Source of the DNA: a virus | Lineage: Duplodnaviria > Heunggongvirae > Uroviricota > Caudoviricetes | Length of the DNA: 33,668 nucleotides | Virus record (IMG/VR): IMGVR_UViG_2703718791_000013 | Direction: 5' to 3' (one strand) | Shown here: piece by piece, positions 10,949 through 18,970 of the stretch | Position numbering within the stretch: the first letter of the stretch is position 1 | Layout: every line of letters begins with the position of its first letter | Notes under the pieces: model-generated | What the model was told of the DNA's origin: nothing | Databases searched by the model: none | What the model saw: the letters and a program-made list of their open reading frames with translations, nothing else | Program-made: the position numbers and the translations under genes

Positions 10949-11080
10949 TTAATAGTCATTGATCGCAAAGGCGTAAACTTGCCAAAGGTATTTCGTATAA
11001 TCGGTACAAATCTCCTTTACGCTTGATGCTGCATTAACAGTCCCAGCCATAAATAATAACGATAGTAATAGTTTTCTCAT
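10949..11080 (-). CDS. Candidate 43-aa signal-peptide mini-protein (MRKLLLSLLFMAGTVNAASS...)
   Basis: Hand-translated; below the ORF-track size cut-off. Preceded by GGTGAGG and directly upstream of the two exported-protein genes on the same strand. Speculative. Confidence 0.25.
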   Translation of the reverse strand: MRKLLLSLLFMAGTVNAASSVKEICTDYTKYLWQVYAFAINDY

Positions 11081-11176
11081 TATAACCTCACCTGCCTTAT
11101 AACCCATTTAGGGTACATATTTTCGCCTTTAAAAAAAAGAGGTTATTAGATCCAATTGTGTATTTATTAAGCAGAT

Positions 11177-11193
11177 AATGCTCTAATAAATTT
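11177..11193 (+). promoter_or_regulatory. C1 repressor operator (AATGCTCTAATAAATTT) upstream of the immI operon
   Basis: One mismatch to the P1 C1 operator 17-mer ATTGCTCTAATAAATTT as I recall it. Same 17-mer family recurs at 12847, 27496 and 31018. Confidence 0.6.
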
Positions 11194-11389
11194 GTATTTT
11201 TAAGTCACGAATGCTATCTTTTCGCATCATATTGACCTTTTAATCGTTCAGGCTTATAGTTCCGCCGTCGTAGCAAATTCTGCGACCGGGTTTAGCAGCC
11301 TGAATGATTGTGCGGACAGCCGCAGATATCCGATATTGCGGTATTTTTGTGTCCGTAAAACCGCGTTACGCCCAAATTATGGTGGGGCG

Positions 11390-11480
11390 TGATGGGGAGG
11401 CTTCGGCCTGCTGGTTTCACAATCGCCAGTCTGCTAACCCCGTCACGTCCTGCCACCTGTTTAGCAGCGGGTAGCAGGTT
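11390..11480 (+). ncRNA. c4: Probable c4-like antisense RNA region (exact ends not determined)
   Basis: Inferred from P1 immI organisation (operator, c4, icd, ant). Region between the operator and icd contains complementary segments (ctgctaacc / ttagcag / gggtagcag). Boundaries are a guess. Confidence 0.3.
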
Positions 11481-11507
11481 GTTAAACCTGATTGTGAGGC
11501 CGTAACT

Positions 11508-11729
11508 ATGGTTAATGCCAATCCTTGCGCACGCCCAGAATTCATCTGGCGTTTCTATTCCTGTAAAAAACACCACTATCACTTCGTTATCGCAGCAACT
11601 GAAGACGAAGCACGCTCTCAATTGCCTGATGGCCCCTGCATTTTTACTGCCCGTTTTTCAACTAACTCGCGCAATTCACTTAGTTACTGGAGCCTCCCCT
11701 TCTCTGCCGACGTTCAGGGGGGTTTATGA
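11508..11729 (+). CDS. icd: Icd-like small protein, 73 aa, overlapping the ant1 start (ATGA)
   Basis: ORF track. Size and position directly upstream of and overlapping ant1. Confidence 0.55.
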   Translation: MVNANPCARPEFIWRFYSCKKHHYHFVIAATEDEARSQLPDGPCIFTARFSTNSRNSLSYWSLPFSADVQGGL

Positions 11730-12769
11730 AAAAACCTCTCGTCACCCGTAATGACATAGCCGAAGCGATCGCCCTGCATACTGCCTGTATACCGACACGG
11801 GAGATCCCCGGCGCAATTGCCAACTATTTCATGATAACCAGGCGTTTTTATACCCGAACAGATAAGGCTGTGATCAACAGGCTACTGATAGCCGAGATCA
11901 GGGATTATTTGATTGAACAAGGACGTCTACGTTACGCAACGGTGGCAGCAGAAATGAGAAAGGAGGCACATAGAATGACCAGTAATAATTTGAATGTTAA
12001 AAAACCAGCACCTGTTGCTTCAGCAACGCCAGCACCAGCCGTGAATGTCATCCCCACCACCGGAGACACAATCGACAGCCTGACACTGTTAAAGATGGTC
12101 AATGAAGCGCGTAAGTTATGTGGGGAACCAGAGGTTCGGAACAACAAATTCATCGAAAAAATACTCGACGAATTAGAAGGTGAGGACGGTTACACAAAAA
12201 GTGCAACCGTGCCGCCAGGTGGCGGTACGCCTATGGTTGTCATAACCATGACCTACAAACAAGCCCTGCGAGTCGCCGCGCGCGAATCGAAAGCGGTCCG
12301 CCGTTCGCTGATCGACAAACTGGAAGAATTGCAGCAGGCAAACTCCCCTACCCCATCGATCCCCCAAACATTACCAGAAGCCCTACGCCTGGCTGCCGAG
12401 TTGGCAGAACAGAAATTGCAGCTGGAACAACAGCTGGTGGCCGCAGCCCCTAAAGTCGATTTTGCCGACCGGGTATCAGTGGCTAATGGAATCCTGATCG
12501 GGAACTTTGCAAAGGTCGTTGGACTTAAGCAAAACGCCCTTTTCTCATGGTTGCGCCAGAACGGCATTCTCATGGCTTTTGGTGCGCGCAAAAACGTACC
12601 GAGCCAGCAGTACATTAACGCCGGGTATTTCACGGTGAAAGAAGTGGTGCTGGATGATGAAAATGGCTACCAGATACGGCTGACGCCCCAATTAACGGGT
12701 AAAGGCCAGCAGTGGTTAACTCGCAAGCTACTTGATGCTGGTTTGTTAAAACCAGTAGCAATAGGTTAA
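11726..12769 (+). CDS. ant1: Antirepressor Ant1, 347 aa, C-terminal KilAC/Ant domain
   Basis: ORF track. C-terminal region LPEALRLAAELAEQK...GKGQQWL is paralogous to the C-terminus of the next gene (kilA). Confidence 0.7.
   Translation: MKKPLVTRNDIAEAIALHTACIPTREIPGAIANYFMITRRFYTRTDKAVINRLLIAEIRDYLIEQGRLRYATVAAEMRKEAHRMTSNNLNVKKPAPVASATPAPAVNVIPTTGDTIDSLTLLKMVNEARKLCGEPEVRNNKFIEKILDELEGEDGYTKSATVPPGGGTPMVVITMTYKQALRVAARESKAVRRSLIDKLEELQQANSPTPSIPQTLPEALRLAAELAEQKLQLEQQLVAAAPKVDFADRVSVANGILIGNFAKVVGLKQNALFSWLRQNGILMAFGARKNVPSQQYINAGYFTVKEVVLDDENGYQIRLTPQLTGKGQQWLTRKLLDAGLLKPVAIG
11975..12769 (+). CDS. ant2: Ant2, in-frame internal start of ant1 (264 aa)
   Basis: ATG at 11975 is in frame with ant1 (residue 84) and preceded by a strong AGGAGG at 11961-11966. 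P1 is known to make Ant1 and Ant2 from nested starts. Confidence 0.45.
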   Translation: MTSNNLNVKKPAPVASATPAPAVNVIPTTGDTIDSLTLLKMVNEARKLCGEPEVRNNKFIEKILDELEGEDGYTKSATVPPGGGTPMVVITMTYKQALRVAARESKAVRRSLIDKLEELQQANSPTPSIPQTLPEALRLAAELAEQKLQLEQQLVAAAPKVDFADRVSVANGILIGNFAKVVGLKQNALFSWLRQNGILMAFGARKNVPSQQYINAGYFTVKEVVLDDENGYQIRLTPQLTGKGQQWLTRKLLDAGLLKPVAIG

Positions 12770-12846
12770 CAAAAGAAAAAACCTGCCAGCAAACTGGCAG
12801 GTTTCTGAGCAGATCGACCAACCCGATCTGGATCGAGTCAGAAAAA

Positions 12847-12863
12847 TTTGCTCTAATAAATTT
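12847..12863 (+). promoter_or_regulatory. C1 operator (TTTGCTCTAATAAATTT) overlapping the kilA-repL promoter
   Basis: Match to the C1 operator 17-mer, with TTGCTC usable as a -35. Confidence 0.6.
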
Positions 12864-12932
12864 CGTTTTCTAAGTGCAAAGAATCACCATTTCGAGCTGG
12901 TGATTGAAGGTTGATGCAAATTTGGAGAAAAA

Positions 12933-13733
12933 ATGCAACAAACATTCAATGCGGATATGAATATATCAAACCTTCATCAAAATGTCGATCCTTCAACCAC
13001 TCTGCCTGTTATTTGTGGTGTTGAAATTACGACCGACCGCGCTGGCCGTTACAACCTTAATGCTCTACACAGAGCGAGCGGACTCGGTGCCCATAAAGCG
13101 CCAGCTCAATGGCTAAGAACGCTGTCAGCCAAACAGCTCATCGAAGAGCTTGAAAAAGAAACTATGCAGAATTGCATAGTTTCGTTCGAAGGCCGTGGCG
13201 GCGGCACTTTTGCCCATGAATTGCTCGCTGTGGAGTACGCAGGCTGGATTTCTCCCGCGTTTCGGCTGAAGGTAAACCAGACATTTATCGACTATCGAGC
13301 CGGAAGATTACAACCTGCTATTCCGCAGAGTCTCCCTGAAGCTCTCCGTTTGGCTGCCGACCTGGCAGAGCAAAAGCAACGGCTGGAGCAAAAAATGCTT
13401 ATGGATGCACCTAAAGTCGAATTCGCCGAACGCGTTGCTACCGCCAGCGGGGTTCTAATCGGCAACTATGCCAAAGTGCTCGGTCTGGGCCAAAACTATC
13501 TCTTCACCTGGTTGCGTGATAACGGAATTCTGATCGCAACCGGTGAACGCAGGAACGTCCCCAAACAAGAATACATATCCCGTGGGTATTTCACCCTTAA
13601 AGAAACCGTGATCGATACAAGCAATGGAAGCAGGATTTCTTTCACGACTCGTATAACCGGCAAAGGTCAGCAGTGGCTGATGAAGCGATTGCTTGATGCT
13701 GGTGTGCTGGTACCTGTCGCGGCAACGCGCTAA
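12933..13733 (+). CDS. kilA: KilA, 266 aa (KilA-N domain plus KilAC/Ant C-terminal domain)
   Basis: ORF track. Shares the C-terminal domain with Ant1. Sits between the operator and repL as in P1. Confidence 0.7.
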   Translation: MQQTFNADMNISNLHQNVDPSTTLPVICGVEITTDRAGRYNLNALHRASGLGAHKAPAQWLRTLSAKQLIEELEKETMQNCIVSFEGRGGGTFAHELLAVEYAGWISPAFRLKVNQTFIDYRAGRLQPAIPQSLPEALRLAADLAEQKQRLEQKMLMDAPKVEFAERVATASGVLIGNYAKVLGLGQNYLFTWLRDNGILIATGERRNVPKQEYISRGYFTLKETVIDTSNGSRISFTTRITGKGQQWLMKRLLDAGVLVPVAATR

Positions 13734-13762
13734 CAGACGTAGTAAGAACCACCAGCATTGTA

Positions 13763-14608
13763 ATGCTGGCTAAAGTCACTTTCCTGAGCTGTATAACGAT
13801 GAGCGATTTTACTTTTTCTGGCTATGAATTGGCCTGCTTTGTAACACACTCCGGTCTATCCCGTAGCGCCGGGCATATCCTGTCGCAATGTGCAAATCTC
13901 GCGGCAACAACCAGTGAATACTTCATTCACAAGCCTCACCGCCTGATCGCGGCAGAAACTGGTTATAGCCAATCAACCGTCGTTCGTGCATTCCGTGAAG
14001 CTGTAAACAAAGGAATTCTATCTGTAGAGATTGTTATCGGCGATCACCGTGAACGTCGCGCTAACCTGTACCGGTTTACACCATCCTTTTTGGCCTTCGC
14101 ACAACAAGCCAAAAATGCGCTGATTGAAAGCAAATTAAAGATCTCTTCAGCGGCAACCAAGGTTAAAGCTGTTCTCGCTAAGACATTGGCTTTATTTAAT
14201 TTTTTATCCACACCCCCATGTCAAAATGATACCCCCTCCCCCTGTCAGGATGACGTGGCAATAAAGAATAAGAAGTCACAAATTAAAAAAACAAAAAGAT
14301 CAGTTTCCGGCGGTGCCGAAACGACCAGCCTCAAAAAACTGACTTCATGGATCGCCGAGGCAAAAGCAAAGGCTGACAATCTGCGGTTATCCAAAAAACG
14401 CGCTCAAAAACATGAGTTCAAGCAGAAAGTAGAGGCGGCAGCGCGGAAATATGCTTACCTGAAGAACAAGCGTTCTCCTGATATTGGCGGGGTATCAAAC
14501 TTCGATAATTTGCCGCATTGCATGACGGTAAACGAAGCTCTTAATGCGGTTTTAGCCAAAAATAAAGATAACGAACAATGGGGTATACCGGCAGGATTTA
14601 GAGGGTGA
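13763..14608 (+). CDS. repL: RepL, lytic replication initiator, 281 aa
   Basis: ORF track. Size and position after kilA under the C1-controlled promoter. Confidence 0.7.
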   Translation: MLAKVTFLSCITMSDFTFSGYELACFVTHSGLSRSAGHILSQCANLAATTSEYFIHKPHRLIAAETGYSQSTVVRAFREAVNKGILSVEIVIGDHRERRANLYRFTPSFLAFAQQAKNALIESKLKISSAATKVKAVLAKTLALFNFLSTPPCQNDTPSPCQDDVAIKNKKSQIKKTKRSVSGGAETTSLKKLTSWIAEAKAKADNLRLSKKRAQKHEFKQKVEAAARKYAYLKNKRSPDIGGVSNFDNLPHCMTVNEALNAVLAKNKDNEQWGIPAGFRG

Positions 14609-14904
14609 TAGATTGCTCTAATCTGGAGTCACCTGGCGTTTTCAGTTTGAGGTCGGAGATGCAATCTGATTTTTTACAGTTAGCGATCGCTTTTGCAGGA
14701 TATGTTTGTATTGGCTTCTGTGTATACATGATCAGCCGAAAAATGCTTGTCGATATCGACCGCAAAGAACAAGCAGAGGAGATCTTAGTATGGATTTTCT
14801 TTGGCGCGGTCTGGCCATTAGGGATCATGTTTGCTGCAACATTTCTTCTGATGTGGATATTCACCCTTCCAGGTGATTTCTATAGAAAAAAAGCCAGACA
14901 TTGA
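14605..14904 (+). CDS. Small membrane protein, two predicted TM helices, up to 99 aa
   Basis: ORF track. Hydrophobic stretches LAIAFAGYVCIGFCVYMI and ILVWIFFGAVWPLGIMFAATFLLMWIF. Overlaps the repL stop. Confidence 0.4.
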   Translation: MIDCSNLESPGVFSLRSEMQSDFLQLAIAFAGYVCIGFCVYMISRKMLVDIDRKEQAEEILVWIFFGAVWPLGIMFAATFLLMWIFTLPGDFYRKKARH

Positions 14905-14989
14905 TACAATCGTTGCGGGTGCTTGAGGCTATCTGCTTCAGGCATTACCCGAAAAGCAGATAGAAGAAAGCCCCAGATAACATTACGCG

Positions 14990-15060
14990 TCCTGCAAGAC
15001 GCTTAACATTAATCTGAGGCAATATCTATGCTTAGCATACGTAGATTAGCCTCTTACCGA
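14990..15060 (-). ncRNA. sok: Putative Sok-like antisense RNA (position inferred, not read directly)
   Basis: Inferred only from hok/sok architecture, in which the antisense RNA overlaps the mok translation start (mok ATG at 15028). Confidence 0.25.
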
Positions 15061-15234
15061 CCAAAAGGTCAAGGAGAAGCAGGCTATGAAGCAGCAAAAA
15101 GCGATATTAATCGCTCTGATCGTCATCTGTTTAACCGTCATTGTGACGGCACTGGTAACGAGGAAAGACCTCTGCGAGGTACGAATCCGAACCGGCCAGA
15201 CGGAGGTCACTGTCTTCACAGCCTACGAATCTGA
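15028..15234 (+). CDS. mok: Mok-like reading frame overlapping hok, 68 aa
   Basis: ORF track. Overlaps the hok frame out of phase, as in hok/mok/sok loci. Confidence 0.5.
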   Translation: MLSIRRLASYRPKGQGEAGYEAAKSDINRSDRHLFNRHCDGTGNEERPLRGTNPNRPDGGHCLHSLRI

Positions 15235-15241
15235 AAGGTAA
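15086..15241 (+). CDS. hok: Hok/Gef-family type I toxin, 51 aa
   Basis: Hand-translated MKQQKAILIALIVICLTVIVTALVTRKDLCEVRIRTGQTEVTVFTAYESER, which has the Hok signature (TM helix, TRK-LCE-R core, AYES C-terminus). Below the ORF-track size cut-off. Confidence 0.8.
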   Translation: MKQQKAILIALIVICLTVIVTALVTRKDLCEVRIRTGQTEVTVFTAYESER

Positions 15242-15311
15242 GAGACCTGGCGGGGAGAGATCCTCGCCACTCTTCGTGTGTCAGGTATCCTCAATGCACC
15301 CTTTCCTCTCC

Positions 15312-15340
15312 AAATAAAAAAGCTCCCGAAGGAGCTTTAA
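15312..15340. terminator. Bidirectional intrinsic terminator (aaagctcc-cgaa-ggagcttt)
   Basis: Hairpin flanked by an A-run and a T-run. Ends the hok transcript on + and the minus-strand late operon (stop at 15358) on -. Confidence 0.5.
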
Positions 15341-15357
15341 AATACAAGGGATGACTC

Positions 15358-15867
15358 TTAATCCCACTCAATCCAGTTGTAGACGATACGAAGTGACGGG
15401 CGCACAGCGGCAGTCACATCTTCGGTACTAAAGTCGATTGCATCACTGTAGATTTTGCAGTCCAACATTTCAATTGTTGTAGCAGCTTTTGTCACAGCGT
15501 TAACCCCGGAAGATTTGGATTCAGGGGTAGCAGCCATCGTGATATCAACATAGTCCTTCGCCGCAATGCGATCTTTAATGAACTGAAGAATATCGCCTTC
15601 GATAGTCTCCACGCACTGGACCTGGATTTCCCCTGAGTTTCGAATTGGACCGTGCTGGTTGAACTTCACACCATTCGGACCATAGTCCTCCACATCCTCG
15701 CGGGTCATTTCAGGAATTTGCGACGTGCGAACCAGTACGCTGATATCTTCATGGCCTGCAAAAGTGAGCTGGAATTCAGAAGATACCAGTCGTTCGCCTT
15801 TGGCCGCGTTGGCAGTATAGCGGCCCTTAATAAATTTACGGTTTCCCTTAGTGTTATTGTGCCCCAT
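15358..15867 (-). CDS. Virion morphogenesis protein, 169 aa
   Basis: ORF track. Last gene of the minus-strand late operon. Confidence 0.45.
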   Translation of the reverse strand: MGHNNTKGNRKFIKGRYTANAAKGERLVSSEFQLTFAGHEDISVLVRTSQIPEMTREDVEDYGPNGVKFNQHGPIRNSGEIQVQCVETIEGDILQFIKDRIAAKDYVDITMAATPESKSSGVNAVTKAATTIEMLDCKIYSDAIDFSTEDVTAAVRPSLRIVYNWIEWD

Positions 15868-15878
15868 ATAAAATCCTT

Positions 15879-16460
15879 TTACTGGAACGCCCGAACAATA
15901 TCGGAGCTGTTATATATCGAAGAACCGGTCAACTGGAGGTTGACGGTGTTTTTCAGGAAATGTCCATTGCTGTCCCTGGGCGCATCGAGATCGAAACTTA
16001 TGTCCTGGATAGCGACATCAATGATGTTGATCCGGCGACCAATGTTTAGCGTCACACGCTCCGGGATTCGACCACCAATACTGGCATCTTTAAGTTCCGG
16101 GCTAATCATCGCTGACAATGCGGCGATAGCTCCTGAAACCTCCGTGAATGGGTCAAACAAAGCGATGAAAGTTACTGGCAGCGTGAAAGTCGGCGGTGTT
16201 CCCCCTTCCCAAACCATTAAGCTGTTCCAACGGGCAACCGACGTTGTTTCAGTACCAACCTGCGCAAAACCACTGAAGGCACCAGCAACAGATCCCATGG
16301 ACATACCGGTAAACGGCGCTTCCCAATTCTGGGCCATGTTCATTGCCGCTCCCTGGCTGATATATCCGGTAACCTGGTACTGAGAGTTCGTTAAAGTAAC
16401 TTTCAGATATGGCGATACACCGTCAGCCTGGCTGTAAACCCCATAAGGAATAGGTGCCAT
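15879..16460 (-). CDS. Virion morphogenesis protein, 193 aa
   Basis: ORF track. Between the sheath-like gene cluster and the 169-aa gene. Confidence 0.45.
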   Translation of the reverse strand: MAPIPYGVYSQADGVSPYLKVTLTNSQYQVTGYISQGAAMNMAQNWEAPFTGMSMGSVAGAFSGFAQVGTETTSVARWNSLMVWEGGTPPTFTLPVTFIALFDPFTEVSGAIAALSAMISPELKDASIGGRIPERVTLNIGRRINIIDVAIQDISFDLDAPRDSNGHFLKNTVNLQLTGSSIYNSSDIVRAFQ

Positions 16461-16495
16461 TCAAGTTAAAGGCCGGAGTTCTCCGGCCTCCTCCT

Positions 16496-17311
16496 TTAGC
16501 CAAGGCGCTTACGGCGCAGTTTCATTGACTTTTTGCGGGCAAGTTTTGCCGCGCCGGTCTGGGCTTTTCGACGCGCTTTTTTCAGCGCCGATTTTTGAGC
16601 CGCAGTCAGACGTTTTTTACGCAGGCGTTTACGGATGAGTTTGATCTCACCGTTACGAACAACCTTCTTAAATGCTTCAGTCAGCATTTCATCAGAAGTG
16701 CCAGCAACAACAAACGCCGCTTCCAGTTCGTCGCGGTCGTCGCTATCTAAACCAGCGATAGAGGCACCAACATCAGCAGCTGCGTCGTCGTCTTCATCGT
16801 CAGCCAGTGCTTCGATCAGGTCATCATCTACACCGCATGCTGCGAGGAAGTCAGCAACATTTGCCCATGCTTCGTTATAGGCATCGTCCTGTTCTTCTGT
16901 AACTTCGGAGTCGTCGTCATCAGAGATACCAGCGATAGCCTGAACGAAACCATCAAGGGAGTCGAAAGTCAGATCACCGCTATCAGCCCAGGCGAAAACG
17001 GCGTCGGCCGCATCACTCAACGCATTTTGCATAGCACTTCGATTTGCAGCTTCCAGAATCATCTGGTGCGCCTGTTCGACGGTCCATTCTTTACCGTCTT
17101 TCCCTTCCAGGATTTGCTCAGGAGCCTGGGCAGATGGAACGTTATCGTTAGTCTGTGCCGCCGGTTCCGGATTATTATTAATAACCGGATCTGTTGGCGG
17201 TTCAGCGCTTGCTCGGGCAGACTCCATCAGCTGCACAGGATCAGAGTTCAAAGCGAAACGAGACAGTCCATTCCCCAAAAATGCCCCGGATTGAAAAAAG
17301 TTTTTGCTCAT
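16496..17311 (-). CDS. Acidic virion protein with a Lys/Arg-rich C-terminal tail, 271 aa
   Basis: ORF track. Asp/Glu-rich middle and a KRLRKKRL...RRKRLG tail. Confidence 0.45.
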   Translation of the reverse strand: MSKNFFQSGAFLGNGLSRFALNSDPVQLMESARASAEPPTDPVINNNPEPAAQTNDNVPSAQAPEQILEGKDGKEWTVEQAHQMILEAANRSAMQNALSDAADAVFAWADSGDLTFDSLDGFVQAIAGISDDDDSEVTEEQDDAYNEAWANVADFLAACGVDDDLIEALADDEDDDAAADVGASIAGLDSDDRDELEAAFVVAGTSDEMLTEAFKKVVRNGEIKLIRKRLRKKRLTAAQKSALKKARRKAQTGAAKLARKKSMKLRRKRLG

Positions 17312-17320
17312 TGTATTCCC

Positions 17321-18910
17321 TTACTTAATAAGCAGCGGTACGCCCTGGATACGACGGGCTACGCCAGTCGGGCAGCAGGCCCAGACTACTTCCCATTTAT
17401 CGAATTCCGCCTGCGTAACTTTCAGCACATACGGTTCTGTACCGTCAGCATCAGGATCACGAGGAGCCACCAGAGCGCCGGAGGCGACAAAGCGATCTAA
17501 AAGTTTGGTCATCCCTTTAGTCAGGCCAGCCGCAGTAATACCGTCCGGGCTATGCTTCATCTGTCGGGCTAACTGGACAAAGAAACGGCTGATTGCATTC
17601 ATCAGGGATGGGACGTGCTGGAAGTGCAGATAGTTATCCTGCGTGCAGCAAGTTAAAGCATCGTCGATGATCATCTGGCCAGAGGTGCCAACAGATACTT
17701 TATTGAGACGGCCCTTGACCATTGCTTCTTCGTCCGGGGTATCTTCCGGATACAGCGGTTGAATTGACGCACGAGCAATGACGGCACGTTCTTCACCAGC
17801 CGGTGAGTAATGCCAACCGCCGACATCAGAGTTTTTCTTGACGCCACGAGCTTTCGCCGCATACGCCACGCCAGACAGACCAAAGACCACACGGGATTGG
17901 GTCCATTTGTCTTTGCAGGAGAACGGGTAGTGATAGACAGCACAGCTTACATAATCGGTACCAAGTAAACCGGTATCTTCAACAGCAGAGATCGCTTCCG
18001 TGTACGTCAATGTCGGTTTGACATCAAAGAAGCCATCAATCAGGCGATCTGCACAGATTTTACCTAATGCGGTGATAGCCGCATTGTCATAGCAGCCCAG
18101 GCCAAGAACAGCGGTGTACATGTACGGCGCATTATTCAGCACTTTAACCGCACGCAGGTACGCAGCGGTTGAGATTTTCGACTGATCGCCGTTGGTACCG
18201 CCAGTGAACGCCAACGATTTTTTGTTTGTTACTTTCGCTGTCGAAATCAGCTCTTCATTAACAACCGCGCGCAGATATTTAGAACGGGCTTCCAGAGCCG
18301 TAGGCAGATAACACAAGCGGCCCATGTCATCTTTCGCTTCTTCCGCCAAAGACACAGTGTGTGTCTCCAGGGTCGTTACCACGCCGAGCGAAGTCGTCTG
18401 GGTCAGTTTTAAGAGGAAGCGTTCATTACCCGCGCTGTCCGCTGTTGCCGTTTCGATGGTTAACTCACGGGTAGGTGAAATACACGGATCACCATCATCA
18501 ACGTAGATAGCAAAGGCTTCGCCACTATCAAGTTCAATTTCAGAACCGTATGGCAACGCACTGTAAGCCGGTTCGCCTGATTCATCGAACATAATAATCG
18601 GGAACTTCGCATCATCCGGAACAGCGCGAACAACATAACCAGACGTTTGCTGAATAGCTTCGTATACATGGCGAATTGGTTCGAACTGTGAGCCGGAAGA
18701 CGGCTTCAGCGGTTCGCCGAGAACATCTTCGTAATTGGACTCAGTAACCGCAAGAACAGTAAACGGCTTGCCACGCGCAAATACGCCAATACCAGCCCAT
18801 AAGCTGCTATTTAATGCAACACCGGTAGATAACGTCGCATCGGCATTGATCGGGCTAACCGCGACGCCGGATGCATTACCTAATGACTGTTGAATTGAAT
18901 ATTGAGACAT
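17321..18910 (-). CDS. Probable contractile tail sheath protein, 529 aa (P1 gp22-like)
   Basis: ORF track. Size and position downstream of the major head gene. Assignment by P1 gene order, not motif-proven. Confidence 0.5.
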   Translation of the reverse strand: MSQYSIQQSLGNASGVAVSPINADATLSTGVALNSSLWAGIGVFARGKPFTVLAVTESNYEDVLGEPLKPSSGSQFEPIRHVYEAIQQTSGYVVRAVPDDAKFPIIMFDESGEPAYSALPYGSEIELDSGEAFAIYVDDGDPCISPTRELTIETATADSAGNERFLLKLTQTTSLGVVTTLETHTVSLAEEAKDDMGRLCYLPTALEARSKYLRAVVNEELISTAKVTNKKSLAFTGGTNGDQSKISTAAYLRAVKVLNNAPYMYTAVLGLGCYDNAAITALGKICADRLIDGFFDVKPTLTYTEAISAVEDTGLLGTDYVSCAVYHYPFSCKDKWTQSRVVFGLSGVAYAAKARGVKKNSDVGGWHYSPAGEERAVIARASIQPLYPEDTPDEEAMVKGRLNKVSVGTSGQMIIDDALTCCTQDNYLHFQHVPSLMNAISRFFVQLARQMKHSPDGITAAGLTKGMTKLLDRFVASGALVAPRDPDADGTEPYVLKVTQAEFDKWEVVWACCPTGVARRIQGVPLLIK

Positions 18911-18970
18911 AACTTTCCCTGTTATGCGCCCCGCACGGGGGCGCTATGTTAAACGGAGAACTTCCCCTGA

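Noticed and set aside
11292-11621. 109-aa minus-strand ORF across the c4/icd region
   Set aside because: Antisense to icd and the expected c4 RNA; no ribosome-binding site.
11932-12821. Minus-strand ORFs of 64 to 126 aa inside ant1
   Set aside because: Antisense shadow ORFs with Cys/Arg-rich composition.
15028-15234. Mok-like frame as the functional toxin
   Set aside because: The Hok-like peptide in the other frame (15086-15241) carries the conserved toxin signature. The 68-aa frame is kept only as the mok-type coupling frame.
16635-17633. ORFs of 81, 157 and 109 aa on the + strand opposite the late genes
   Set aside because: Antisense to well-supported structural genes. The Ser/Ala-rich composition is a mirror of the acidic gene on the other strand.
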